A stretch of 64,000 nt of DNA, from NCBI GenBank assembly GCA_963790305.1, contig CAWBOC010000010.1, forward strand, positions 352,001 through 416,000, given 5' to 3'. A model generated the notes under the pieces. It made no database searches, had not been told where the DNA came from, and saw only the letters and a program-made list of their open reading frames with translations. Shown here in pieces: positions 48,652-56,727 of this stretch. This DNA comes from an uncultured Gemmatimonadaceae bacterium. GTDB taxonomy: Bacteria; Gemmatimonadota; Gemmatimonadetes; Gemmatimonadales; Gemmatimonadaceae. The position numbers and the translations under genes are program-made. Each line of letters starts with the position of its first letter. Position 1 is the first letter of the stretch.

Positions 48652-49995
48652 ATGAACCCGCTTCGCGCCTCGCGCTTCGCGCTTTCCATCGTGGTCTTGA
48701 CGCCGGCGGCGTCGGCGCAGTCAGCCGCCACGACAACCGCTCCTGATCTCGCGTCGGCCAGTGCGTCACAGCTGCTGCGACTCCTTCCTGACGGAGAGGA
48801 GAAGCGCCGATTCGTACTCGACTGCACCGGCTGCCATGCCTTCGATGCGCGTATCGCCGCGCCCAGCGGGCGGGCACGCACGACCGCCCAGTGGGATTCG
48901 GCAACGCACCGCATGCTGAGCTACGCGGGGGCGAGGACGAACTTTCCCGTCATCTCTGCCGCGCGGGAGCCGGCCTCGACGGCCCGGTGGCTGACCCGCT
49001 GGATCACCGACTCGTCGCTGGCCACCGTCGGCCCGTCCGCAGCGCGCAGCTCGGCAAAGGTGCGCGAATACATGATGCCCATGGCGCAGGACCTCCCGCA
49101 CGACGTCGCGGTGGACGCGGACGGAAAGGTCGTGATTACCGGGATGTTCTCCCACCAAATGTACCGGCTCGATCCGGCGAGCGGCGCGCTCGAGTCGTTC
49201 GACATTCCGGTGGAGCGCGCGAATCCCCGCGCTGTCGTCATCGATGATCGCGGCGCGTGGTGGGTGCTGCTCGGCGGCCCCCGTCGCATCGCGCGACGCG
49301 ACCCCGCGTTGGGCGTGTGGAAGATGCACGACATCGGGATGTATCCCCACAGCATCGGTGTCAATGGCGCCGGTCGCGTATGGTTCAATGGCCACTTCAC
49401 GCGCGATCCCGAGCAGATGGGGTTCGTGGATCCCGTCTCCGGATCGGTTACGCTGCGTGACGTCCCTCCGCACCCGGTGCTCGCGAAGGTCGACGGTGGA
49501 CCGATCCCCTACGAGCTGCGCGTCGCACCTGACGGCTCCGTCTGGATCTCCGAGCTCGGCGGCAACCGTCTCGTGAGGCACGACCCGACCGCGAATGCCT
49601 TCCGCACATTCGACATGCCGACTGCGCATTCAGGGCCTCGGCGATTCGACTTCGACGCGGCCGGGACGTTGTGGATCCCGGAATACGCTGGCGGAAAGCT
49701 CGCGCGACTCGACCCGGCCACGGGGCGGTTCACCCAGTGGGATCTTCCGGTGAAGGACGCCGCGCCCTACGTCGTGCGCGTCGACCGCCAGCGGGGCGAT
49801 GTGTGGATCGGGACCGGCGCCGCCGACGCGGTGTTCCGTTTCGATCCTCGAACGGCGCGCTTCACGACGTACGAGCTGCCAACGCGCGGCGCGCTCGTGA
49901 GGCACCTCGACATCGACCCGCGCACGGGGGTGGTGTGGGCGGCATACGGGGCGAGCCCAGGTGTAGCGGCTCGGATCGCGCGTATCGAGCCGTAG
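48652..49995 (+). CDS. Secreted c-type cytochrome fused to a Vgb (virginiamycin B lyase)-like beta-propeller
   Basis: Signal peptide; CTGCH haem motif; blades PHDVAVD, PYELRVAPDGSVW, SGPRRFDFD, PYVVRVD. Confidence 0.8.
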   Translation: MNPLRASRFALSIVVLTPAASAQSAATTTAPDLASASASQLLRLLPDGEEKRRFVLDCTGCHAFDARIAAPSGRARTTAQWDSATHRMLSYAGARTNFPVISAAREPASTARWLTRWITDSSLATVGPSAARSSAKVREYMMPMAQDLPHDVAVDADGKVVITGMFSHQMYRLDPASGALESFDIPVERANPRAVVIDDRGAWWVLLGGPRRIARRDPALGVWKMHDIGMYPHSIGVNGAGRVWFNGHFTRDPEQMGFVDPVSGSVTLRDVPPHPVLAKVDGGPIPYELRVAPDGSVWISELGGNRLVRHDPTANAFRTFDMPTAHSGPRRFDFDAAGTLWIPEYAGGKLARLDPATGRFTQWDLPVKDAAPYVVRVDRQRGDVWIGTGAADAVFRFDPRTARFTTYELPTRGALVRHLDIDPRTGVVWAAYGASPGVAARIARIEP

Positions 49996-50019
49996 GATTG
50001 GTGCGAAGGGCCACGATCC

Positions 50020-50844
50020 CTATTGCCGCGTGTACCGCTCCTCCCGAATCCCGGAGAGGAACGGTGAGCGTCGAACCAGGGTGTCGCTTGCGATTGACAG
50101 CGAGTCGCGCGCCGGGACGCTCGACCCGGGGGGTACCGCGTAGTGCAGCAGCACCACCGCGGCCGGCCGGGACTCGTATGTGCCCCACGTCGTCCACTCC
50201 GACTCACTGACCAATGTGACCTGTCCATTCGTATACCCGACAGCCGATTCGGATCGGTGCCGGCGGAAGAACACACCGTCGCTGAATAACAGCGAGTCGA
50301 AGGTCACGTATGCCACCAATCGATGATCGCCGATCGTCGAATCGTACGCGACGAGGGGCTCGGCGGTTCGTCCGTCGATCGATCTCAGGCGATAATCGTC
50401 CGACGGAACGGAGCTCGCCTCGAGCGACACACGCCGATAGACGAGCGTTATCGGATTACCGGCAAAGTCGGGATAGGCCAACGTGATCGAGTCTCCCGAC
50501 ATCCGAGCGGCCAGGTGATCGGTTGGCGCGGCTCCGTGGAGCACAACTTCTCGCCCCGACTGGTGATACGTACCATCTGCCACCTGGCCGGAAACCAAAT
50601 TGCCAGCAAGGGCATGCCGGAAGGTGCCATTTGGGCGAAGCAGGAGATCTCCGCGGCTGATTATCACCGTGAGCCCCAAGCTGGGGGGAAAGTAGGGAAG
50701 CGGCTGGCCGTTGACAGAAACGAGCCGGTAGTGGCCGGCGGCCGAAGGCAATGGAGCGACTCCATCACCGCAGGCTATTGCAACGGCGATGACGAAGATG
50801 ACCGCGAGCCCGAATGGGCGACGTGTGAATAGCGAGTGCATCAT
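50020..50844 (-). CDS. Hypothetical lipoprotein with two lipocalin-like beta repeats
   Basis: Lipobox IAC; repeated YRLVSVNG / YRLRSIDG and DGTY / WGTY. Confidence 0.65.
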   Translation of the reverse strand: MMHSLFTRRPFGLAVIFVIAVAIACGDGVAPLPSAAGHYRLVSVNGQPLPYFPPSLGLTVIISRGDLLLRPNGTFRHALAGNLVSGQVADGTYHQSGREVVLHGAAPTDHLAARMSGDSITLAYPDFAGNPITLVYRRVSLEASSVPSDDYRLRSIDGRTAEPLVAYDSTIGDHRLVAYVTFDSLLFSDGVFFRRHRSESAVGYTNGQVTLVSESEWTTWGTYESRPAAVVLLHYAVPPGSSVPARDSLSIASDTLVRRSPFLSGIREERYTRQ

Positions 50845-50925
50845 GAGGGCGGGAGTGAGCGCCAGCTAAGGTCGCAAGCGGTCATGCAGTCGTCAACGCT
50901 CCTGCGACGGCAACTCGCGTTGGAA

Positions 50926-51405
50926 TCAGAGCCACCGTCGCACGCGCGCTCGGTATGCGGCGTACTCGGCACCGAACGCCTGGCCGAGGTAACGCTCTTC
51001 CCGGCGAATGACGAGCGCGTACAACGACAGCAGAACCATCGGCAGCAACAGAAGCGGCCACGCCATGCTCATGAGCAGCGACAGCCCGACGTATATCGCG
51101 GAGAATCCGACGTACATCGGGTTGCGCGAGAATCGAAAGGGGCCGGTCGCGACGATCGTGCGCGCGGCGCGCGACGGAAGAATCGCCGTGCGCGCCCGCA
51201 CGAAGGTCAGCATCGCCCAGAGCATGAGAAGCGCCCCCACCACGATGAGCGCCCACCCGGCGACGAGGAGCCCGGTGCGGCTGATCCCGCCGAGTGTAAG
51301 AGCGAGCACCCAGCGATGAAGTGCGATCCCTATGAGAAAGCCCACCACGAACAGCGTTGGTGGAGGAAAGCGGACGCCTGGATTCGTCGGACCTTGATCG
51401 CTCAC
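50926..51405 (-). CDS. Isoprenylcysteine carboxylmethyltransferase family membrane protein
   Basis: TGPFRFSRNPMY, IRREERYL, FGAEYAAYRARVRRWL; GTGA overlap with the SDR gene. Confidence 0.92.
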   Translation of the reverse strand: MSDQGPTNPGVRFPPPTLFVVGFLIGIALHRWVLALTLGGISRTGLLVAGWALIVVGALLMLWAMLTFVRARTAILPSRAARTIVATGPFRFSRNPMYVGFSAIYVGLSLLMSMAWPLLLLPMVLLSLYALVIRREERYLGQAFGAEYAAYRARVRRWL

Positions 51406-52448
51406 GTCACACCTGCGGTCGCGTGCGTCTCCGTCGGATGTCGAGCCTCGACGTCCGTGTCTCCGAGGTACCGCTTCACGCGTCGTACGTGACGCTCGAG
51501 CTGTCGCAGGTGACGCTCGACGCCTGCGCGCATTCCGGGCATGCCCGGCACGACGACAGTGGCGAAGTGCGCACCCCAATCGGGACGACTACCGTCTTCG
51601 TCGACAAAGCCATAGTCGCGGGCGAGCTCCCAGGAGCTGTAGACATCCCCTGAGCGAGCCAGCACGTCGGGATCCCGAGCGAGCGCCGCGACCGCGCGGC
51701 CGACGAAGAGCGGGGATTCGGAGTGGAGGAAGTGCGGATCCTTCTTTCCCGCCTTTCGCCACGTCGTCTCCGTGACGCCGAAGTACTGGAGCATCATCTC
51801 CGATCGCAGAAACCCCGGGGTGATGGCGACCGACGCAATGCCATGCGTTCGCAGCGATTCGGCGAAGCTCATCGCCAGGGATTTCTGTCCCGCCTTGGAG
51901 AGATCGCGCATGATGTTGCCGCTGCCGCTCACCAAAAAATCCCCCTCGGTCACTTCGACGATGAGCCCGCGCCGTTTCTTCATCATGAGGGGCGCAGCAT
52001 GCTTGGCCGTGATGAGGTGGGACACTACCGACTGTCGCAGTCCCTCGGCGAGATACGAGAGGTCGGACTTCCAGAACTGCTCCCACCCGCCCATGCGCGG
52101 GTCTTCGCCGGCAACGCTGTTGACGAGGATGTCGAGCCGTTTCTGTTCGCCCTGTACGCGGGCGAACAGGCTCTGGACCTGGGCCTCCTCGGTGTGATCG
52201 ACCCGAACGGCAATCGCCGTTCCACCGGCGGCAGCGATCATCTCCGCGGTCTGGTCGATTGTCTCCGGGCGCGCGTACGGCGAAGGATCTCCGCGCACGC
52301 TCCGGCCGGTGCAGTAGACGGTGGCGCCCGCTTCGCCGAGCGCGCGGGCAATGCCGCGGCCCGCGCCGCGGGTCGCTCCGGCCACGACAGCGACTCGGCC
52401 GGCCAGCGGTTTCCCAGCGGCGCCGGGCTGGGTTGAACGGCGGCTCAT
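51402..52448 (-). CDS. SDR family oxidoreductase
   Basis: AGATRGAGRGIA, LDILVN, DLSK, ITPGFLRSE. Confidence 0.92.
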   Translation of the reverse strand: MSRRSTQPGAAGKPLAGRVAVVAGATRGAGRGIARALGEAGATVYCTGRSVRGDPSPYARPETIDQTAEMIAAAGGTAIAVRVDHTEEAQVQSLFARVQGEQKRLDILVNSVAGEDPRMGGWEQFWKSDLSYLAEGLRQSVVSHLITAKHAAPLMMKKRRGLIVEVTEGDFLVSGSGNIMRDLSKAGQKSLAMSFAESLRTHGIASVAITPGFLRSEMMLQYFGVTETTWRKAGKKDPHFLHSESPLFVGRAVAALARDPDVLARSGDVYSSWELARDYGFVDEDGSRPDWGAHFATVVVPGMPGMRAGVERHLRQLERHVRRVKRYLGDTDVEARHPTETHATAGVT

Positions 52449-52472
52449 GGTGTCCTCCGAGGCAGGCGTTTA

Positions 52473-52526
52473 TGAATGGTCATTCACTTACCCTGGCATT
52501 ATGAATGGCCATTCATTATCTGTCAA
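52473..52526 (-). promoter_or_regulatory. sigma70 promoter for the SDR operon with two palindromic TetR operators
   Basis: Minus strand TTGACA (52526-52521) -17 nt- CATAAT (52503-52498); palindromes TGAATGGTCATTCA (52473-52486) and ATGAATGGCCATTCAT (52501-52516). Confidence 0.85.
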
Positions 52527-52528
52527 GA

Positions 52529-53119
52529 GTGACTCCCCGCCCGCGCACCGTCTCCGACGATGAGATCCTCGCCGCGACCGCGCGCGCGATGTCGAGAGTG
52601 CCTCCCACACGCTTCACGCTCGCTGAGGTGGCGCGCGAGGTGGGGCTCGCGCCGGCGACGCTGGTGCAGCGCTTCGGCTCGAAGCGCGGACTCCTCCTGG
52701 CGTTGTCTGCCCAGTCGGCGGGCAGCATGGACGCCTCCTTCGAGATGGTGCGCCACGCACACGCGTCGCCCCTCGAGGCCCTGCTCACGGCGGCTACGGA
52801 GATGGCGCGGTTCAGCCCGACGCCCGAGGAGTTGGCGAACTCGATTGCGTACCTCCACATCGACCTCAGCGACGCCGAGTTTCACACGCACATTCTGGAG
52901 AGCTCGCGGGCAATGCAGCGAGGGTATCGCACGCTGCTCGACGACGCCATCGAGGCGCGCGAGCTCGTGCAGTGTGATACCGAGCGCCTCGCGCGGGCGG
53001 TCGAGGCAGTGGCGGCCGGGTCGCTCATTGGCTGGGCGATTCACCGGAAGGGAAAAGCCGAAGCCTGGGTTCGCAAGGACCTCGAGACGCTGCTGGTTCC
53101 CTATCGTCGCGGCTCCTAA
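52529..53119 (+). CDS. TetR/AcrR family transcriptional regulator
   Basis: PRPRTVSDDEILAA...TLAEVAREVGLAPATLVQRFGSKRGLL. Confidence 0.92.
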   Translation: MTPRPRTVSDDEILAATARAMSRVPPTRFTLAEVAREVGLAPATLVQRFGSKRGLLLALSAQSAGSMDASFEMVRHAHASPLEALLTAATEMARFSPTPEELANSIAYLHIDLSDAEFHTHILESSRAMQRGYRTLLDDAIEARELVQCDTERLARAVEAVAAGSLIGWAIHRKGKAEAWVRKDLETLLVPYRRGS

Positions 53120-53994
53120 CGCCTCGCCTCGGGCCGCGCGATCCGAAACGACACATCGAGCTCCTTGCCTCCCGCAACCGCCATTATCGCGAGGGCGCCA
53201 GTCACCTGTGCGTTCTGATCATCGAGACGCTCGGCGCGGTAGAGGACGATCCCTTCCGCTTGCACCGGCGCGCTCACCGTCCACCCAGCGCGTCGAATCT
53301 GATCGGCGTAATGCGCGCCGACGGATGCCACACTTTGTGTCGTCTCGAGCCGTGTGAATGCCTCGCGCGAATCTCGCCCGCCTCCGCTGGATCCGGAGCC
53401 GGTCATGCGTGCATTGGGCGGCGTTTCCAGCAATGGCATGATCGGGTAGTCGAGCCCCCTCATCGTACGCCGCACGTCGGCTTCTTCCGCCTCCCTCGTG
53501 CACGAGAACCGCGGTTCGGGGTACGCCACGCTCACGTAGAGAAGACTCCCGCTCCGGTCGGGGCGCGCCCGGGCGGTGTACGAGAGAATCGCATTCCCCC
53601 GACAGAGTCTCGCGGGCATCGTGGACGTGCTCGGGACGAAGCCCCCGAATTGTCGGGGCATATCGGCGTTGCGCCAGCCGGCTCGGTCGAGCTGTGCCGC
53701 CAGCCGAGCCCGCGCGCTATCGGGCGACTCGGGGACCTCGGCGATCACCGAGGCCCCGCCTGCGTCGCGCTCCGAGCCGCCGAGTATTCTGATCCGCTCA
53801 CGGGGAAGGGCGTCGGCCGGAAAGCTTTCCGGCCGGCGGCCAACCACGATCTCGACCGAGGTCGCCGACATCCCCCAGCGGTCGAGCAGGGCGACCGCGA
53901 GCTCGCGAGGGATGGCGTCAGACGTCTGCTGCTGTGCGGGAAGCTCCGTCAGGGCTACGCTCGCCCAGGCGAGCGTGATGCCAATGGCTCGCAT
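53116..53994 (-). CDS. Hypothetical secreted protein
   Basis: Signal peptide; RBS ggagg; 292 aa. Confidence 0.7.
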   Translation of the reverse strand: MRAIGITLAWASVALTELPAQQQTSDAIPRELAVALLDRWGMSATSVEIVVGRRPESFPADALPRERIRILGGSERDAGGASVIAEVPESPDSARARLAAQLDRAGWRNADMPRQFGGFVPSTSTMPARLCRGNAILSYTARARPDRSGSLLYVSVAYPEPRFSCTREAEEADVRRTMRGLDYPIMPLLETPPNARMTGSGSSGGGRDSREAFTRLETTQSVASVGAHYADQIRRAGWTVSAPVQAEGIVLYRAERLDDQNAQVTGALAIMAVAGGKELDVSFRIARPEARR

Positions 53995-54045
53995 ACTATT
54001 CCTCCGCCGCTTTGACTAGCAGACCGCGCGAAAGGCGTGCCTATC

Positions 54046-54603
54046 CTAGAGTCTGCGAATCACCTTGCAGGGGTTGCCTGCCGCCACCACGCCTGATGGG
54101 ATGTCGCGGGAGACCACGCTCCCCGCGCCGATGGTCGTGTCATCGCCGATGGTCACGCCCGGGAGCACGATCGCGCCCCCGCCGATCCACACCCGCTTAC
54201 CGATGGTAATGGGCTTTCCGAGCTCTGGTCCAGCGACGCGCGCCGCTGCCTCACGAGGGTGATCGGCGGTGTAGAGCTGGACGTAGGGGCCGAGCTGGGT
54301 TTGTGCGCCGATCCGAATAGGAGCGGGATCGAGCAGGACGCAGCCGAAATTGAGGAACACGTCTTCGTCGAGCTCGATCTGGGTTCCGTAGTCGCAATAG
54401 AATGGCGGCTCTATCCACGCTCCTGGCCCCACCTTGCCGAGGAGATCCATGAGGATCGCGAGGCGCTCCGCGCTGTTCTCAGGTGAAGACGCGTTGAAGT
54501 GCATCCAGAGCAGCCGCGCCCGTTGTCGCGCGCCGACGAGCACCGGATCCGACGCCAGGTACAGCTCGCCGCGCAGCATCTTCGCCCGCTCGGTATCTGT
54601 CAT
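54046..54603 (-). CDS. maa: Sugar (maltose) O-acetyltransferase
   Basis: KMLRGELY, IEPPFYCDYG, WIGGGAIVLPGVTIG, GAGSVV, GNPCKVIR. Confidence 0.93.
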   Translation of the reverse strand: MTDTERAKMLRGELYLASDPVLVGARQRARLLWMHFNASSPENSAERLAILMDLLGKVGPGAWIEPPFYCDYGTQIELDEDVFLNFGCVLLDPAPIRIGAQTQLGPYVQLYTADHPREAAARVAGPELGKPITIGKRVWIGGGAIVLPGVTIGDDTTIGAGSVVSRDIPSGVVAAGNPCKVIRRL

Positions 54604-54624
54604 CTCGGTGCGGTGGAGAGTTGT

Positions 54625-54754
54625 TAGGGGTCAGGAGTCAGGAGTCAGAGGTCAGGGGGTGTCAGGGAATAGGTTGGAGGAGAACGGCTCGCGCACTCCT
54701 GTGAACCTCATTCCCTGACACCCCCTGATCCCTGACTCCTGACTCCTGACCCCT
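54625..54754. repeat. Family A inverted heptamer-repeat hairpin
   Basis: taggggtcaggagtcaggagtcagaggtcagggggtgtcagggaat ... attccctgacaccccctgatccctgactcctgactcctgacccct. Confidence 0.9.
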
Positions 54755-54774
54755 CGGGAATCAACAGCCCGACA

Positions 54775-55395
54775 TCACGATACCAGCCGAGCCAATTCCG
54801 CGAAGTACTCCGGCTTCCGCGTCGAGAACAGCCCGTACCACGCCTCGAGCACCTCGGGGTCGTAGAGATCCAATCGCCGATAGATGTGATACGCGAACTC
54901 GAGCGGCGCCATCGACGCGGCGGTGATGAGGTCGCCGTCGGTCACCGCGGGCTCGTCCTCGTAGTGCGCACCGCCGCGATAGCCGGTTGCCGCGATGTAT
55001 TCGCGCGCGTTACTGGTGTGACGGCGCTCGTCGAGGAGCCCGCCGCGCGCGAGACCCGCCGTCGCGCCGCAGATCGCCGCGACGGGAACTCCGCTCGCGA
55101 GAAACTCCCGAGCCTTCTCGACAGCTTCGGTGTTTCCCCCTTCGTCCCACACATCGCCTCCGGGCAGGAGCAGCATCCGGCTGTCCGCAGGTGCGAGCTC
55201 ATCGAGCGTGAGGTCGGGGACGATGCGCACTCCGCCAGACGTGACGATGGGATCGCGTCGCAATGCAACGGTGCGGACCTGCCACTGATTGGGCACGCGG
55301 TGAAATTGCGTGTTGTGGACGCCCGCGATCGCGAAGCCATGCTCCCAGTCGGCCAGCGTGTCGAAGACGTAGCAGTGGACGGTGGATTTAGACAT
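54775..55395 (-). CDS. DJ-1/PfpI family protein
   Basis: ADWE, LLLPGG, VAAICGA, HTSN, DGDLITA. Confidence 0.92.
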   Translation of the reverse strand: MSKSTVHCYVFDTLADWEHGFAIAGVHNTQFHRVPNQWQVRTVALRRDPIVTSGGVRIVPDLTLDELAPADSRMLLLPGGDVWDEGGNTEAVEKAREFLASGVPVAAICGATAGLARGGLLDERRHTSNAREYIAATGYRGGAHYEDEPAVTDGDLITAASMAPLEFAYHIYRRLDLYDPEVLEAWYGLFSTRKPEYFAELARLVS

Positions 55396-55417
55396 AAGGC
55401 TCCTCTAGCGGCGACGA

Positions 55418-55501
55418 CGAATGCGGAATGCGGACCGCGGAATTCGTTCGACTGAGAAACACGTTATCGACTTCCGCAGTCCGCATTCCGCATTCCGCAT
55501 T
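55418..55501. repeat. Family B inverted heptamer-repeat hairpin
   Basis: cgaatgcggaatgcggaccgcggaa ... ttccgcagtccgcattccgcattccgcatt. Confidence 0.85.
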
Positions 55502-55505
55502 GCAG

Positions 55506-56075
55506 TCAACTGCATCCCTCCACCAACTGCACGGCCGGCACCCGGCCGGCGCGATAGGTGGTAACGCGACCCTTCAAGGTCTCGAAGATGATGCGGTGCA
55601 GGCTGTCGCCCGGAGGGGTCACCACGACATAGTGGCCGTCAGGATAGGTGTACTTGTGCGGCTCGATCCGCGCCCGGGCGCCGTACAGCTCGAGCACGCG
55701 CGACTCACTGTCGCCCACCTGCGCTCCCTCGGCAGTCCGAATGCCGGCCGAGTCGATCTCGACACGCGCAACGGTGTCGTCGATGACCATCAGGAGAACT
55801 CCCTCGGGCAGCGACGCGGGGTTCACATGATCACACCCGGCCTGTGTCACGCGCAGCGTCTCGCCTAACGTCCGCGAGGCGGCCGCGAGCGACACCCCCA
55901 CGCGGAGGCGACCGATTCCATCGGCGCGAACGATCCATTGTGGCGGAGCCGTGTCGGCGGCCACCGCGGAATCACGCGTCGTATCGGCGGTGACCGACGC
56001 GGTGTCGACGCTGTCGCGTGCTGCAGGGGAGCAGGCGAGCAGCGCGATGAGAAGCAGCCGCCTCGCGTCAATCAC
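55506..56075 (-). CDS. Hypothetical lipoprotein
   Basis: RRLLLIALLAC lipobox; GIGRLRVG, EPHKY, C-terminal VEGCS. Confidence 0.7.
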   Translation of the reverse strand: MIDARRLLLIALLACSPAARDSVDTASVTADTTRDSAVAADTAPPQWIVRADGIGRLRVGVSLAAASRTLGETLRVTQAGCDHVNPASLPEGVLLMVIDDTVARVEIDSAGIRTAEGAQVGDSESRVLELYGARARIEPHKYTYPDGHYVVVTPPGDSLHRIIFETLKGRVTTYRAGRVPAVQLVEGCS

Positions 56076-56132
56076 GGTCACGTGTGTACACGGTTTTCGA
56101 TCACTCGAGCCTCCAATATCGACCACCGCACG

Positions 56133-56590
56133 TTACCCCCGCTCGCGCCCTTTGGCGAGGTGTTTCTGCTCGCCCACCGCATACGCTTCGGCCAGCCACC
56201 CCCGAAATTCGGCGTCGATCTCCTCCAGGGTCATGATGCGGAAAGCGTGGAGGTGATTGCGCGGCGAAAACGTCTGGACGCTCCGAAAGCGCGGACTCTC
56301 GAGTCGTCGCGCGAGCACGACGTGTCCATCGAGCCACGCTCGACGCGGCGTCACCTGGGCAAATGACATGCGAACGTGGAAGGCGATGCGCGTTTTCTCG
56401 GGAAGAACTTCCACCGGCCCGATGTCGCGGATGGCCGCCACCACGGCATCGAACATCTTGCGGATGCGCGCGGGCTTGCCGGCGAAGTGGTGCTCCAGAT
56501 CGTGCTTGCCGCAGGCGTGCGTCTGATTGCGATTGGCGAATTCGCGGCCGCACTGCTCGCATCGCCACAGCGGCGCCTGGCTCAGGGCAT
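56133..56590 (-). CDS. DUF5655-like protein with N-terminal Cys motif (start affected by an apparent 1-nt deletion)
   Basis: The frame extends upstream of the listed ORF as WRCEQCGREFANRNQTHAC; C-terminal EIDAEFRGWLAEAY. Confidence 0.65.
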
Positions 56591-56727
56591 GACTCGCGAA
56601 CGGCTCATGCCCGATGATACGACGACCGCGGCGGCGGCACCACGCTCACGCCAGCCATCGCCTCGATACTATTGTGTCGGCGGGGTGTTCGGCGTAGCAT
56701 GTCTGCTCCGCAACAGTGGGATTCGCA

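Noticed and set aside
9968..55501. Short repeat clusters as CRISPR arrays
   Set aside because: Units are 7-9 nt, tandem and inverted, with no unique spacers and no cas genes.
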